DNA of 64,000 nucleotides from Eledone cirrhosa (GCA_964016885.1 OZ024757.1:1116001-1180000); one strand, 5' to 3'; positions 43,572 to 56,564 are shown, counted from the stretch's first letter. The notes: a model not told the origin generated them from the letters alone. A program made the numbers and translations.

Positions 43572-45025
43572 TGGGAAGGTGGATTAGGTGGACCAAAGCC
43601 ATATGGACCCCCAAAACAATGATCAGGTAAGAAAAATGGTCACACATGCAATAGGGGCTAGTATTAAAACTACCCTAAAGGGCCACATATTCAAATTCAA
43701 CGAGATCTACACCCAAAATGAGGGACCAGCCATTGGCGTCAGCATAGCTGGTGACGTTGCTAACCTTTTTATGGTATGGTGGGAAAGGAGACTCAAAGAT
43801 CTTGATGAAAGCTCCATAGACCTCATCATGTACTCTCGTTACGTAGACGACATCAATATAGTAATAAGGACATCCCACAAGAGAGTACTAACAAGTATGA
43901 TTTAGAATGTAGCACAATGGAAAGCATCCAGCAGATAGCTAATTCCATACACCAGAGTAACTATCGACTACTCTTCCAAACACCCTAACAATAGACTACC
44001 TGTATTAGACATGGAACTCTGGATTAACACTATAGACAAGAGAGCCCAAATTCTCCACTCACACTACACTAAACCCATGGCCTCCAAATACCTGATACTC
44101 AAAAACTCAGCAATGTCCAGTAGTGCTAAGTTTAATATTCTGATCGCAGACTTGGTACAAGTGATGAAGAACGTATCCCGCATGTGCGACCCAACAGAAA
44201 TGGAAAGACATCCAACACTTCATCAACCGCATGCAGCTCTCTGGCTACAACCAAAGAGACAGAATCAGAGTATACAAAGGAGCCACGACATGAAAGGATA
44301 GACCAACACTGGAGGGAACTAAAAGGACGAAAAAACAGTTCAGTACTATACGAACATGCCAGACAACAACACGGCGGTAACATAGACAACATAGAAATTA
44401 GAATAATATCTAAACATAGAAATGACCCAGCAGATAGGCAAATCAGAGAGGCAAGTGAAATAGAACTTAGAAGGCCAAAGCTAAACAGAAAAAAATGAAT
44501 GGAATAACAACAACACCCAAACAAACAATACTGACCTAAGAGAAATCTAAATAAATACATACACAAGCTCAATAACAACAAACACATATAAACACACACT
44601 AGTAAACTAAGATAGAATACAATAACCAATACACAGTCACCCAAATGCGAACACACATCAAACACTATACACACACGCAAAAACGCATGCGCAGAGAAGA
44701 AGACAAAAATAAATAAATAAATAAATAAACAGATTAAATAAAGATGGCGTAGGCATACAATACAACAGGAGGAAACATAATAGCACCACTGACGATGTTG
44801 CAGATGTGCAACGAAAGAACTTTGTTGGACTATATATATGTGTTTGTGTCTATATTATATCTGTATTTTTGACCGTTAGTCAGTGAATGGTAAACATTGA
44901 GGACCGAATAAATTAACTGATATAAAAGATAGAGAAGCGAAAACCAACCAAACAGTGAGTGTGTTCTGTTATTAATTCTGGCAATATTATTACAACAATA
45001 TGACCCTCGCCAAGTATAACAATGT
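43572..45025 (+). pseudogene. Decayed, internally deleted PLE (Naiad-like RT/EN) with 3' HHR
   Basis: FKFN.IYTQ.EG.AIGV..AG.VANLFM.WW; YSRYVDD; LDMELW; HYTKPMAS....NSAM...K; ERIDQH..LYEH...H..RQIREA..I....LN. The clade call comes from remembered motifs. Confidence 0.8.
44784..44827 (+). ncRNA. Type I hammerhead in the PLE 3' region
   Basis: cacca-CTGACGA-t-gttgca(gatg)tgcaac-GAAA-gaac-TT-tgttg. Confidence 0.8.
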
Positions 45026-45034
45026 ATATATATA

Positions 45035-45328
45035 TACAATGATATTAAATAAATGGAAACTATATTTATAAAACCATATTTATTCAATTATATATATTTC
45101 AAGGGTACGTCAAAATTTATAAAATGCACTTCGTATTTTATCTGATGAAAGCGTACCTAAGTTTTGGTACCCTTGAAATATATATAATAGAATAAATATG
45201 GTTTTATAAATATAGTTTCCATTTATTTAATATCATTGAATATTATACTCCAGAAAATCTGTCGAGTGATCTCAATCAGTTATAAACATTTATATTTGTC
45301 GAATTACTAACAAATTGAATATCCCTTC

Positions 45329-45332
<4 letters not shown>
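45035..45332 (+). mobile_element. Family B unit with inverted 5' arm and HHR at 45134-45194
   Basis: tattttat-CTGATGA-aagCgtacc..ggtacCctt-GAAA-tatata-TA-atagaata; 45035-45109 is inverted relative to 45166-45240. Confidence 0.88.
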
Positions 45333-45397
<65 letters not shown>

Positions 45398-45534
45398 GAG
45401 GTTATAGTGTAATAGTCCACTATTTTCCTTAGTAAGGTGAGTTAAGCTCCATGTACATTTTTACCCTTCATTCTTCAGAAGCCAACAGTTACAGTAACAG
45501 AACATTTATAATTCAACATTCAATAAGACCAAGG

Positions 45535-45700
45535 ATTAGTATTCTTTGACGCATAGAGTTACGGCCCTTGCTATTCTGAGTGCAAATCGCGCCGAGGTTA
45601 ACTTTGCCTTTCATCCTTACGGGGTTGATAAAATAAAGTACCAGTAATACACTGGAGTAATTGCTGGCCTTGTGCCAAAAGTAGAAACAATTATCAGTAT
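45535..45700 (+). mobile_element. tRNA-derived SINE (type 2), 5' truncated
   Basis: GCCGAGGTTAACTTTGCCTTTCATCCTTACGGGGTTGATAAAATAAAGTACCAG..GGCCTTGTGCCAAAAGTAGAAAC; matches 58170-58356. Confidence 0.8.
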
Positions 45701-46589
45701 TATTATTTATTTATTTACAGATGTTTCAACGCGGCCAGAATATCTCATCCAATTGTGGAGATAAAACCAGATATTATCAGTAAAGTTACTCCATTAATGT
45801 TGCTCAACTCAAAACTGTATCTTTTGAAGAAATATATTAAAAAATAACAATAAATTATTATCATGAGAGAAATTATCAAGAATAATAAACAGGATTCAAA
45901 GAGGATGGAATTATTAAAGTGCAGGAAACAATCTTTTTAGACTGAATATTTTTAGACTTTCAAAATAACGAATTATCAGTGTTTTTCGACAAGTATCTTA
46001 AAATATGTTAAATCTTAATTTGTCACCGCGGGGGTTGTTAAAAAGAATGTTTTTTGAGATACATGTCAGTGCTTATTATTTCTAAAGTTGTTATCATAGA
46101 AAGATTTGAAAATAGTCACAAATTCCTTTATTTCAAAAAACTCATGCAAGTGTAAAATAATGTTGAATTAACGCAGTAAAAACATCTTTTCACTGATATA
46201 TGTTCTACTTTCGTTTATTATTATTCTACTGAAGTTTTAAAGAAAACATTGTATTACCGGTTTGATGCAATTGAAATATTTTCACAGGTTGTCATTTCAA
46301 AGAGAATTATTAACCGTATACTCACACATATATACATATATATGTGTATATATGTATGTATATATATATACATATATATATATATATGTATACATGACAA
46401 CCTGTGAAAATATTTCAATTTGCATGAGTTGTATACACACACATACATATGTGTGTATACATATATGTATATGTATGCATATATATGTATATATATATAT
46501 ATGTATACATATATGTATACACACTCATATACATATATATATATACCAAAACCACACAACATATATATATATATACCAAAACCACACAA

Positions 46590-46865
46590 AAACCAACACC
46601 ACAACCACCACCATCACTGCCGCCACCACTGCCACCACCACCACCAACATCACTGCCACCAACATCACTACCACCACCACCACCACCACCAATATCACTG
46701 CCACCACCACCACTGCCACCACCACCACTACCATCACTGCCACCACCACAACCACCACTGCCACCACCATCATTGCCACCACCACAACCACCACCACCAA
46801 CATCACTGCCACCACCACCACTACCATCACTGCCACCAACAACAACAACAACAACAATAACACCA
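46590..46865. repeat. (CCA)n-based cryptic simple repeat ending in (ACA)n
   Basis: Direct reading. Confidence 0.9.
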
Positions 46866-46974
46866 AAGCTAAAAGTTAACCAACTGGAAATTTGTGAAAA
46901 CCCAATTGTTACTTTATTTGAATACATTGAGCTTAAATGTGGGTCTTCTTGAATGTATATATATATATATATAT

Positions 46975-47533
46975 ATTTCGTTTCTGAATTTGTATAGCAA
47001 GATTCTTTATCTGAAATCGTGTGTTGAAACCGATATTGTTATACTTTGGGAGGGTCATGTTGCCAATAAGAAACACACGCACCAGTTGCTTTCACTTCAA
47101 TTTATTATAATAAATTTATAATAAATTTATAAATTTCTGGTTGGTTGGTTGGTTCCACAACCAGATAGTTGTTTATATATTGTCATAGTTCTTTCGTCAC
47201 ACACTCTGTGACCTCTTCAGTGACTGAGGATTCCTTTCTTTGTTTTTGTGCCTCTCCTTTGTTCTGTCCTACGCCATTTTGTTTCTGTGTGTAGGACAGA
47301 ACAAAGGAGAGGCACAAAAACAAAGAAAGGAATCCCCAGTCACTGAAGAGGTCACAGAGTGTGTGACGAAAGAACTATGACAATATATAAACAACTATCT
47401 GGTTGTGGAACCAACCAACCAACCAGAAATTTATAAATTTATTATAAATTTATTATAAATTTATTATAATAAATTGAAGTGAAAGCAACTGGTGCGTGTG
47501 TTTCTTATTGGCAACATGACCCTCCCAAAGTAT

Positions 47534-47540
<7 letters not shown>
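46975..47540. mobile_element. Family A palindrome (~240-bp arms) with two hammerheads (47182-47224 on -, 47339-47381 on +)
   Basis: gtca-CTGAAGA-g-gtcaca(gagtg)tgtgac-GAAA-gaac-TA-tgac; arms nearly identical, ~18-nt spacer near 47273-47290; (TA)n on both sides. Confidence 0.92.
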
Positions 47541-47581
<41 letters not shown>

Positions 47582-47604
47582 ATATATATATACACATATA
47601 AAAT

Positions 47605-48280
47605 ATACACATAGGCGAGACAGCTCGTAGCATAGGTGAAAGGATAGACCAACACTGGGGGGAACTAAAAGGAAGAAAATAGGGTCAGTACTATACGAAC
47701 ATGCTAGACAACAACATGACGGTAACATAGACAACATAGAAATTAGAATAATATCTAAACATAGAAATGACCCAGCAAATAGGCAAATCAGAGAGGCCAG
47801 CGAAATAGAACTTAGAAGGCCAAAGCTAAACAGAAAAAAATGAATGGAATAACAACAACACCCAAACAAACAATACTGATCTAAGAGAAATATAAATAAA
47901 TAAATAATACAATAACCAAAACACAGTCACCCAAACGCGAACACACATCAAACACTATACACACACGCAAACGCATGCGCAGAGAAGGACACAAAAATAG
48001 ATAAATAAATAAACAGATTAAATAAAGATGGCGTAGATATACAATACAACAGGAGGAAACAATAGCACCACTGATGATGTTGCAGATGTGCAACGAAAGA
48101 ACTTTGTTAGACTATATATATGTGTTTGGGTCTATATTATATCTGTACTTTTGACCGTTGGGACGGAATAAATTAACTGATATAAAAGATAGAGAAGCGA
48201 AAACCAACCAAACAGGGAGTGTGTTCTGTTATTAATTCTGGCAATATTATTAGAACGATATGACCCTCCCCATGTATAAA
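47605..48280 (+). pseudogene. Naiad-like PLE 3' fragment (GIY-YIG second half + 3' region + HHR at 48066-48109)
   Basis: HIGETARSIGERIDQHW..RQIREASEIELRRPKLN; near-identical to 44290-45020. Confidence 0.85.
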
Positions 48281-48295
48281 TATATATATATATAT

Positions 48296-48555
48296 TCCTT
48301 GAGCAAGACACTTTATTTCACATTGCTCCAGTTTACTCAGCTGTAGAAATGAGACGATAAGGACTGGGGTCCCTATCATTCCACTGCAAAGTGGTCGTGG
48401 AGGTGCCACGGCAAAAAAGCACCCAGCACTCACTGTAAATGAGGTTGGTGTTAGGAAGGGCATCCAACTGTAAAATCAAGCCAGAATCAGCTCCCGTCCC
48501 ACCCTTGCAAGCAGGGAAAAAGCGGACGTAAAATGAAATGATGATGATGAGGATG

Positions 48556-48557
<2 letters not shown>
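48296..48557 (+). mobile_element. SINE with RTE-derived tail, 5' truncated
   Basis: CCTTGAGCAAGACACTT..GGAAGGGCATCC..GGACGTAAAATG(A)ATGATG. Confidence 0.85.
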
Positions 48558-48634
<77 letters not shown>

Positions 48635-48638
<4 letters not shown>

Positions 48639-48846
48639 GAACCGTAGAGCAAATATTTATTAAAATAACAGATTAAAGTTTAAGCAACGAATCGCTGCTT
48701 TCACCCTTAACAGGATCTTCTGAAACTAAAAAAATCAATCAGATTGATTTTATTAGTTTCAGAAGATCCCGTTAAGTGTGAAAGCAGCGATTCGTTGCTT
48801 AAACTTTAATCTGTTATTTTAATAAATATTTGCTCTACGTTTCTTA
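48635..48846. mobile_element. Family C palindrome (~105-bp arms, 1-nt spacer) with two U4A hammerhead-like motifs (48677-48727 on -, 48755-48805 on +)
   Basis: Centre ..AATCAATC-A-GATTGATT..; agttt-CAGAAGA-stem-GAAA-gcagcg(att)cgttgc-TT-aaact. Confidence 0.75.
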
Positions 48847-48914
48847 TATCTTTTATATATATTTATCCTTATCGAGCCCTCTTTGGATTTTAGTCTTCAA
48901 ATTTATTATTATTG

Positions 48915-49004
<90 letters not shown>

Positions 49005-49136
49005 ATGTATATATATATATGTATATCTAAACCCATGCTAGCGTGGAAGATAGACGTTAAACGATGTTGATGATGATTTATGTATTTATGTCTATATATG
49101 TATTTATGTATATATATATGTATATATATATATATG

Positions 49137-49181
<45 letters not shown>

Positions 49182-49406
49182 GTCTATATATATTTGTGCA
49201 TATATATTTTTTTTTTCCGCCTTATTTTTGACTAAAGAAATTTTAGCTTGACAGTGGGGTTTAGAACCCCCTAAGAAATGGAAAATGATTACTGACGTAC
49301 ATGTACGTCAATAATCATCTTTAGTCAAAAATATGGCAAAAGCTTCTAATTTCTATGTCTATATATATGTATATATAGTTATGTAATAAACAACATAATA
49401 TAATTA

Positions 49407-49470
49407 ATTCATTTATCAGTGGTTTCTTGAAGACGGATATTTATATCTGTCTTCAGTCGTCAGAAAGAAT
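49407..49470 (-). ncRNA. Type I hammerhead ribozyme
   Basis: attcttt-CTGACGA-c tgaagacagatat(aa)atatccgtcttca a-GAAA-ccactga-TA-aatgaat. Confidence 0.8.
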
Positions 49471-49699
49471 AAAATGGAATGTTTATTAAATATGGATTTG
49501 AAACAAAATTTAGGAAATATGAAAGTGAGGCTGAAATCAAATAACGGGCAAAAAATTGAGGGGGAAAAAAAAAAAAAAAAATCCAGAACATAAACATACA
49601 CACACTCAAACCCACGCTTATACGTGATAGTAGGTAGACGTATACATTCTCATATAAGTGCATGTGCGTCTACATGGAAATACGAACACACACATATAT

Positions 49700-50362
49700 A
49701 ATGCCGAGGTTGCAACACCAATTGGGAAAATCTTCTTTAGGCTCCTCGAAAAACACTTCCAACCACAACACCGCTACCACAACATAATCAACAAAAACAT
49801 TATCAAACTGTCCTACAGCACCACACCCAACTTCGCACAAAATATCGCCTCCTCTAACAACAAGAAACTCAACTCCTACGGAAGAAACAACCTAGACATT
49901 AGTGGAGAGCCGACCAGGAGGTGTAACTGCCCTGATAGATCTACGTGCCCCCTCAACAACAGATGCCGAGAACGTAACGTGATTTACCAATACAACGTGA
50001 GGACAGAAAACTCTAACAAAGCCTATATAGGATTAACCGCCTGTGACTTTAAGACTCGGCTCTACCAACACCCACATACATTCAGAAACCCGGTCCGACG
50101 ACATGCCACTACACTTTCGGGCCACATCTGGGACCTCCAAGAAAACAACATCACAGACCATCTTACTTGGAGCTTACTTTCCAGGGCTAACTCCTACTCG
50201 GGAGGACGCCGTCCGTGCAACTTATGCTCGGAGGAAACAATACAAATGCTGTTTACGAAAGACCAACTCCTAAACAAAAAAGCCAAACTTGTAACCGCAT
50301 GTAAACACCGATTGCGTAGGACTTACCTCACCCTCAAACCCCCTAATGACCCGGGTGGGTAG
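49700..50362 (+). pseudogene. 5'-truncated PLE: linker + GIY-YIG endonuclease (open frame)
   Basis: IGKIFFRLLEKHF..IKLSYS; CNC....CPL...C..NVIYQ..AYIGLT..FKTR...H...F; LS.HIW.L; CNLC.EE; LLN..CKHR. Confidence 0.85.
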
Positions 50363-50685
50363 ACAATGGCTGTTACATCCTTCTTTTCCCCACTTGCTGA
50401 ACAAGATAGGGGAAACCCCAGCATACATAGGTAGATGTAATTCTTTTCTTTTTTACCTTTATCCCTTCCTGTCACTTCTTTCCACTCCCTCTCCTATTCC
50501 TTTCCCTTTTTCCTCTTTCGCTTACCCTGAGGCAGCCCATCGGGATTTTGTAGCTTCAATACCCCCACCCCTGTGAATTCTATAGTTCATTGGCTGAAAA
50601 CGCAATACCAGCTAAATAGCAACTGTTTTAGACTCTAGTTTTTTTAATTATATAGATATGTATATATGTATATATATATGTATGT

Positions 50686-53600
50686 GTCGGGTTGCTCTTG
50701 AGTGCTACTGGTAACATGTAACCCAGTACTACCTATCTCATGATTGGGTCGTCGGCGACTAAACCGGCACCCCTACCAAAGGTGATATTTGGACACCCTG
50801 CGGGATGAAATACAAGACCCGGCAAAGGGTGGAGGAACTCAGCAGAGTCAAAGGCCATCCAAATAGTACTTTTTTTTTTTTTTTTTACCTGGGAATGAAA
50901 GGCCCCCAGTTGTTGTCACAACACCTTTCTAGGAGAGGGAAACTCTGAAAAAACCCTGCGGCTTTGGAAGCATCCGATGATGTTGACCAGTTCTCCTTTT
51001 TGGGTAGTGTTTTCGATGCTCAGAGAGTGGGATTGGTCGAGTGCAAGGCTTTTCCCCACTTAAAAAAACCTTCAAAGCACGGGCATTGCTTGTTCAGGAT
51101 CTGTTACAGGTTTGTGTGGCTGGCCATAGCCTAAAAGTGCACCAAACTCTATGATGACAGATGATAACCTTGAAGTCAATGGCAGTAAGGGCTCTGGAAC
51201 TTATTGTGAAGGGGTCTGGCCCGGCAGGTGTCCCATGGCACTGCAGCATGGGCCCAGTCGTCATCCTACAACTGCAAGGAGGTTCAAACCTCTGAATATT
51301 GGATGTTGGAATGTAAGAACTGTACTGGATTCCAGTCCAGTAAAACTCGCCCTGAAAGAAGATCTGCTTTGGTGTCGGGGGAACTCGATCGCTATAGCAT
51401 GGACATCGTTGCTCTTTCAGAAACGAGATTGGCAGGTGAGGGTCAATTCACAGAACAGAAGGGAGAATATACCTTCTATTGGAGTGGTGGAGCAGAGGGT
51501 TGTAGGAGAGAGGCAGGGGTCACATTTGCAGTCAGGAATGGAATCGTCTCAAAGCTGGAAAATCTTCCTTGTGGATTCAATGGTCGGATAATGTCCATGA
51601 GAGTCCCTCTGATTCAAAACCGCTTTGTGACTCTGGTCAGTGTGTACGCTCCTACTATGTGTGCCAGTGATGATGAAAAACTAAGTTTCTACATGTCTTT
51701 GAGAGAGGTCATCCATGGTATACCTTATGCAGACAAGATTGTCATCCTTGGTGATTTTAATGCATGTGTTGGTAATGACTGGGAAGCTTGGCGTGTGATG
51801 GGCAAGCATGGAGTAGGTAAGTGCAATAACAATGGGCTACTTCTATTGCAGATGTGCACTGAGATGGATCTTGTTGTTGGGAACACGCTCTTTCAGCAGA
51901 AAGACAAATATAAGACAACTTGGATGCATCCAGGTTCCAAGAAGTGGCACCTTATTGACCTCGTTTTAATGAGGAAACGTGATATCAGGGATATCACATT
52001 GGTTCGTGTATTGCGAGGCGCGGAATGTTGGACTGACCATCGTCTGGTGCGCGCCAAGTTTCAATTTGTTGTGAAGCCCAAAGTAAGGGGGAAGAAGGTT
52101 GCACTTCCAAAAACAACTAAACGTGGCTCGTCTGAAAACAGAGAAAGTCAGAGCTGAGCTGTCGAGGTCCCTTGAGTCCATTGAATGTGAAAACACTTGG
52201 GAATCATTGAAGAAAACTATCTATGATGTTAGTGCTGGAGTTTTGGACCATACCAATAGAACGCATAAAGACTGGTTCGATGAAAATGATCCAGTGATCC
52301 AGACCTTGCTTGAAGAGAAACAAAAAGTGCTGACATCAGTATTGTGTGAGACACGTTCTGACGGGAGTGACCGGACATTCAGGCAGATCAAGGCACGTCT
52401 GCAACATCGATTGAGAGCCATACAGGATACCTGGTGGAGCCAAAAGGCTGATGAAATCCAGAAGGCATCAGATAGACATGATGCAAAGCTCCTATACAGT
52501 CTGATCAGGGAGGTGTATGGTCCGACTGATTCACAAATATCACCACTTCGCTCCGGAGACTGCAAGGAATTGCTCAGAGATCCGAAGGAAATCCTGATCA
52601 GGTAACATGACCACTTTGATGAGCTTCTCAACAAGACCATCAGAAATTGATGATGAGTTCATCCGGTTGATTCCATCCAGACCTACAAAGCTGGCAATGG
52701 CTTATTCTCCTTCATTTGATGAGGTGGCGAAGGTCATTGCCAAATTAAACAGCGACAAGTCACCTGGAATGGATGGACTGAGTGACGAGATTTTCAAGTG
52801 TGCTGGTGATAACTTCTTAAACCGCCTCACTGATCTCTTTGTGAATGTTTGGAATGAAGAAGATGTGCCACAGGATTGGAAAGATGCATTGATGGTTGTA
52901 CTTTACAAAGGAAAGGGAGCCAAAGATGATTGTGGCAACTACAGAGGTATTTCACTGGTATCTGTGGCTGGGAAGATTTTGTGCAGGATATTGTTGGACA
53001 GATTGATACAGCACATTGCTGTTGAGGTACTTCCTGAGTCCCAATGTGGCTTTAGGAATGGCAGAGGCACTGTTGACATGATCTTCTCGGCCAAACAACT
53101 TCAAGAGAAATGCATTGAGCAGCACATGGACTTATACCAAGTTTTTGTTGATCTGACCAAGGCATTTGACACTGTTAATCAGAAGGCTTTGTGGGTTATT
53201 TTGGAGAGATTAGGCTGTCCTGAAAAGTTTGTGAACATTCTGAAACTCTTCCACGATGACATGCAGGCATGGGTGAAAGTTGGAGGTAAACTGCTTGAGC
53301 CAATCTCGGTTGAAAATGGTTTCAAGCAGGGTGATATACCTGCACCGACTTTGTTTGCCTTGTATTTTGCAATCGTGTTCTTATGGCCTTTGTCAACACG
53401 GTATCTATCTCAGATATTGCACTTCCGGCAAGCTGTTTAACCTTAGGCGTCTCACTGCCAACACTAAGGTACTGAGTACCTTGATCAGAGAATTTTTATA
53501 TGCAGATGATTGTGATCTCTTTGCACACTCCCAGAGTGACATGCAACACCTTATGGATTCTTTTTCCAATGCGTGCAGTGATTTGGGACTGACAATCAGT

Positions 53601-54655
53601 CTGAAGAAGACTGTCGTCATATACCAACCTGCTCCGGATAAAGTTTTCAATGAACCCTCCATACACGTATACGGTCAAAAGCTGAAGGCTGCTGACACAT
53701 TTGTGTATTTGGGGAGTACTCTGAGTGTGACCTGCTCTCTGGATGCAGAAGTTGGTCTACGTGTTAGTAAGGCAAGTGAGTCATTTGGAAGGCTCAATGA
53801 CCCTCTTTGGTGCAAGCGAGGAATCACAATGAGGACCAAGGTGAGAGTGTATGCTGCATGTGCACTGTCAGCTTTTCTGTATGCATATGAGGCATGAGTT
53901 GCCTACAAACGGCATATCCACAGACTGGAACGGTTTCAGCAGCAATGTCTCAGAAAGATGCTCGGTATCAAGTGGCAGATGCATGTGAGTGATGTTGAGG
54001 TCCTTGAGAGAAGTGAGTGTCGGAGCATTGAGAGTATCATCCACCAACAGCGTTTGCGATGGACCGGACACCTCTGCAGAATGGGGATGATCGAATCCCA
54101 AAACAACTCTTGTATGGCGAGCTTTGTGAGGGTAAGAGACCACCTCACAAGCCAAAGCTCCGATTCAAGGATTGTGTAAAGGACTCATTGAAAAAAACTG
54201 GTTTGATGATGGCTGACTGGGAGATAGAAGCTCTTGAAAGAGTAACTTGGCGTGGAATGGTGAATGATGGGGTCCATAAGTTTGAGGACAGACGCATAGA
54301 GCACGAGAAGATCAAACGTGATGAGCGTAAGCAATGCCCTGGTGTATCTCTCGAAAAGATCAGTGTCTCCATTGAATTGAAGTGCTCTGAGTGTGGAAAA
54401 ATTTGCTTGAACAAATCTGGTCTCAGGAGCCACAGTCGCAGACATGTTCAGAGAGAACCAGTGAACTATGATCTCCACGGTGTTGTGAGGGTTCACAGGC
54501 AACCTGATGCAGGACCTCAAACCAGGGAGATCCATAGTTGTCGTCAGTGTGTGAAGGAGTGCAAGTCTCTAGCAGGCTTAAAAAGCCATATCCGAGCGTC
54601 CCACATCTGAATCTGACAAGCGATTGCAATACTCTTGGCAGAGTTTGCAGCCATC
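50686..54655 (+). pseudogene. Near full-length RTE (BovB-like) LINE, frameshifted, with two C-terminal C2H2 zinc fingers
   Basis: IGCWNVRT; DIVALSETRL; SVYAPT; GDFNA; TWMHPGSK.WHLID; TDHRLV; KSPG.DG; NYRGISL; QCGFR; FVDLTKAFD; YADD; YLGS; RLRW.GH; CSECGK..H...H and CRQC...H....H. Confidence 0.93.
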
Positions 54656-54662
54656 ATATATG

Positions 54663-54697
<35 letters not shown>

Positions 54698-54702
<5 letters not shown>

Positions 54703-55095
54703 ATATTAACAAATGGAAACTATATTTATAAAACCATATTTATTTCATTATACATATTTCAAGGGCCACCAAGGCAAACTATGGTGTGCTTTCATCAGAT
54801 AAAATATAATATAGGTTAGTTTTCTGGTTGGAATCTCCTATCCAGGAGATTCCAACCAGAATGGTTGCATTTTTTCAGGGTATGTCAATATTTATTTATA
54901 AAACTAACCTATATTATATTTTATCTGATGAAAGCGCACCATAGTTTGCCTTGGTGGCTCTTGAAATATGTATAATGAAATAAATATGGTTTTATAAATA
55001 TAGTTTCCATTTGTTAATATATTGTATATTTACTCCAATAATTTGTTGAGTGCTTTATATCAGTTATAAAAATATTTTGCTTGTTGTATCCCAAC
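54698..55095. mobile_element. Family B fold-back with two hammerheads (54741-54806 on -, 54917-54982 on +)
   Basis: Arms 54698-54822 and 54901-55025 are inverted; extra central hairpin TTCTGGTTGGAATCTCC-TATCCA-GGAGATTCCAACCAGAA. Confidence 0.88.
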
Positions 55096-55136
55096 AAATT
55101 AAATATAACCTCTACATATATATATATGTATGTATA

Positions 55137-55470
55137 TCATCATCATCATCATCATTTTACGTCCACTTTTCCCTGCTTGCAAGGGTGGGACGGGAACTGA
55201 TTCTGGCTTGATTTCTACAGCTGGATGCCTTTCCTAACACCAACCTCATTTACAGTGAGTGCTGGGTGCTTTTTTGCCGTGGCACCTCCACGACCACTTT
55301 GCAGTGGAATGATAGGGACCCTAGTCCCTATCATCTTATTTCTACAGCTGAGTAAACTGGAGCAATGTGAAATAAAGTGTCTTGCTCAAGGAAACAACAC
55401 ATCACCCGGTCTGAGAATTGAACTCACAACCTTTCGATTGCAAGCCCAATGCTCTAACCTCTAAGCCATG
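55137..55470 (-). mobile_element. Near full-length tRNA-derived SINE (type 1) with RTE-derived 3' tail
   Basis: A box TGGCTTAGAGG, B box GAGTTCAATTC, CCTTGAGCAAGACAC core; tail shared with the RTE 3'UTR at 37245-37520. Confidence 0.88.
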
Positions 55471-55554
55471 ATATATGTGTATATATGTATATATATATGT
55501 ATGTATATATGCAGTTGTACAGAAGACCCGACTACCATTGCATACAAACCTAGT

Positions 55555-55870
55555 CAGTAGGCACCTCTTAACTTAATGTACTCCCCCCCTCCCCCCTCCC
55601 CCCTCCTCCCTCCCATTCCGTCCACTGTGTTGATGACACAACAGCCCACACTGTAAGGTGGCTGTGTAGGAGACACGGTGAAAAGGCTCCCAGTCCACAC
55701 TGTAAATGTGGTTGATGTTAGGAAGGGCATCCAGCTGTAAAAAACCTGCCAGAGACGCTTCCGTGTGGGCGAGACACAGTCTCCTGACCATTCCCGCATC
55801 AAATGGAACAAAACCGTCTAACCCATGCTAGCGTGGAAGATGGACGTTAAACGACGATGATGATGATGAT
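55555..55870 (+). mobile_element. RTE 3'UTR fragment
   Basis: Similar to 22410-22520 and 33295-33545; (GAT)n tail. Confidence 0.75.
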
Positions 55871-55898
55871 GATATATATATATATGTGTGTATATATC

Positions 55899-55964
<66 letters not shown>

Positions 55965-55971
<7 letters not shown>

Positions 55972-56060
55972 ATACTTTGTATAACAAAGTATAACAATAT
56001 CGGTTTCAACACACGATTTCAGATAAAGAATCTTGCTAAACAAATTCAGAAACGAAATAT
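55965..56060 (+). mobile_element. Family A tail-only insertion with short fold-back
   Basis: Reverse complement of 46975-47048; hairpin TATTGTTATACTTTGT-ATA-ACAAAGTATAACAATA. Confidence 0.75.
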
Positions 56061-56080
56061 ATATATATATATATATATAT

Positions 56081-56360
56081 GGAGGCACATGGCTTAGTGG
56101 TTAGAGCCTTGCAATCGAAAGGTTGTGAATTTAATTCTCAGACCGAGTGAGACACTTTATTTCACATTGCTCCAGTTTGCTCAGCTGTACAGTGGACAGT
56201 AAAGTGGTCGTGTAGGCGTCACGGCAAAAAAGCACCCAGCACTCACTGTAAATGAGGTTGGTGTTAGGAAGGGCATCCAGCTGTAGAAATCAAGCCAGAA
56301 TCAGTTCCCGTCCCACCCTTGCAAGCAGGGAAAAGCAGACGTAAAATGACGATGATGATG
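56081..56360 (+). mobile_element. tRNA-derived SINE (type 1), internally deleted
   Basis: GGAGGCACATGGCTTAGTGGTTAGAGC head; RTE-type tail. Confidence 0.85.
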
Positions 56361-56564
56361 ATATATATATATGGCTCTCTCTCTCTATATATATATGTCT
56401 ATACATACTTCTGTATATATATATATATATATATTTATGTGTTAGTGTAAAATCACGAGCGTTTGGCACTGCAATCGGGATTAACACATCTCTATTCTAT
56501 ATCTGCTCTACATTTCCCCATGTATCGAGTACTCCCATGATTAGTGGTCTCCTCGGTCTCAGCA

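Noticed and set aside
44480-44780. Selenocysteine UGA and SECIS in the Naiad-like PLE
   Set aside because: The TGA comes into frame through an extra A (the third copy reads NEWNN), and no convincing SECIS stem is visible.
46415-46952. Pro-, His-, Thr- or Gly-rich (extensin/formin-like) proteins
   Set aside because: (CCA)n simple repeat flanked by (TA)n; no coding context.
50520-50615. Hammerhead after the PLE EN (CTGAGGC-agcc..ggct-GAAA)
   Set aside because: Core A9 is altered and stems I and III cannot be formed convincingly.
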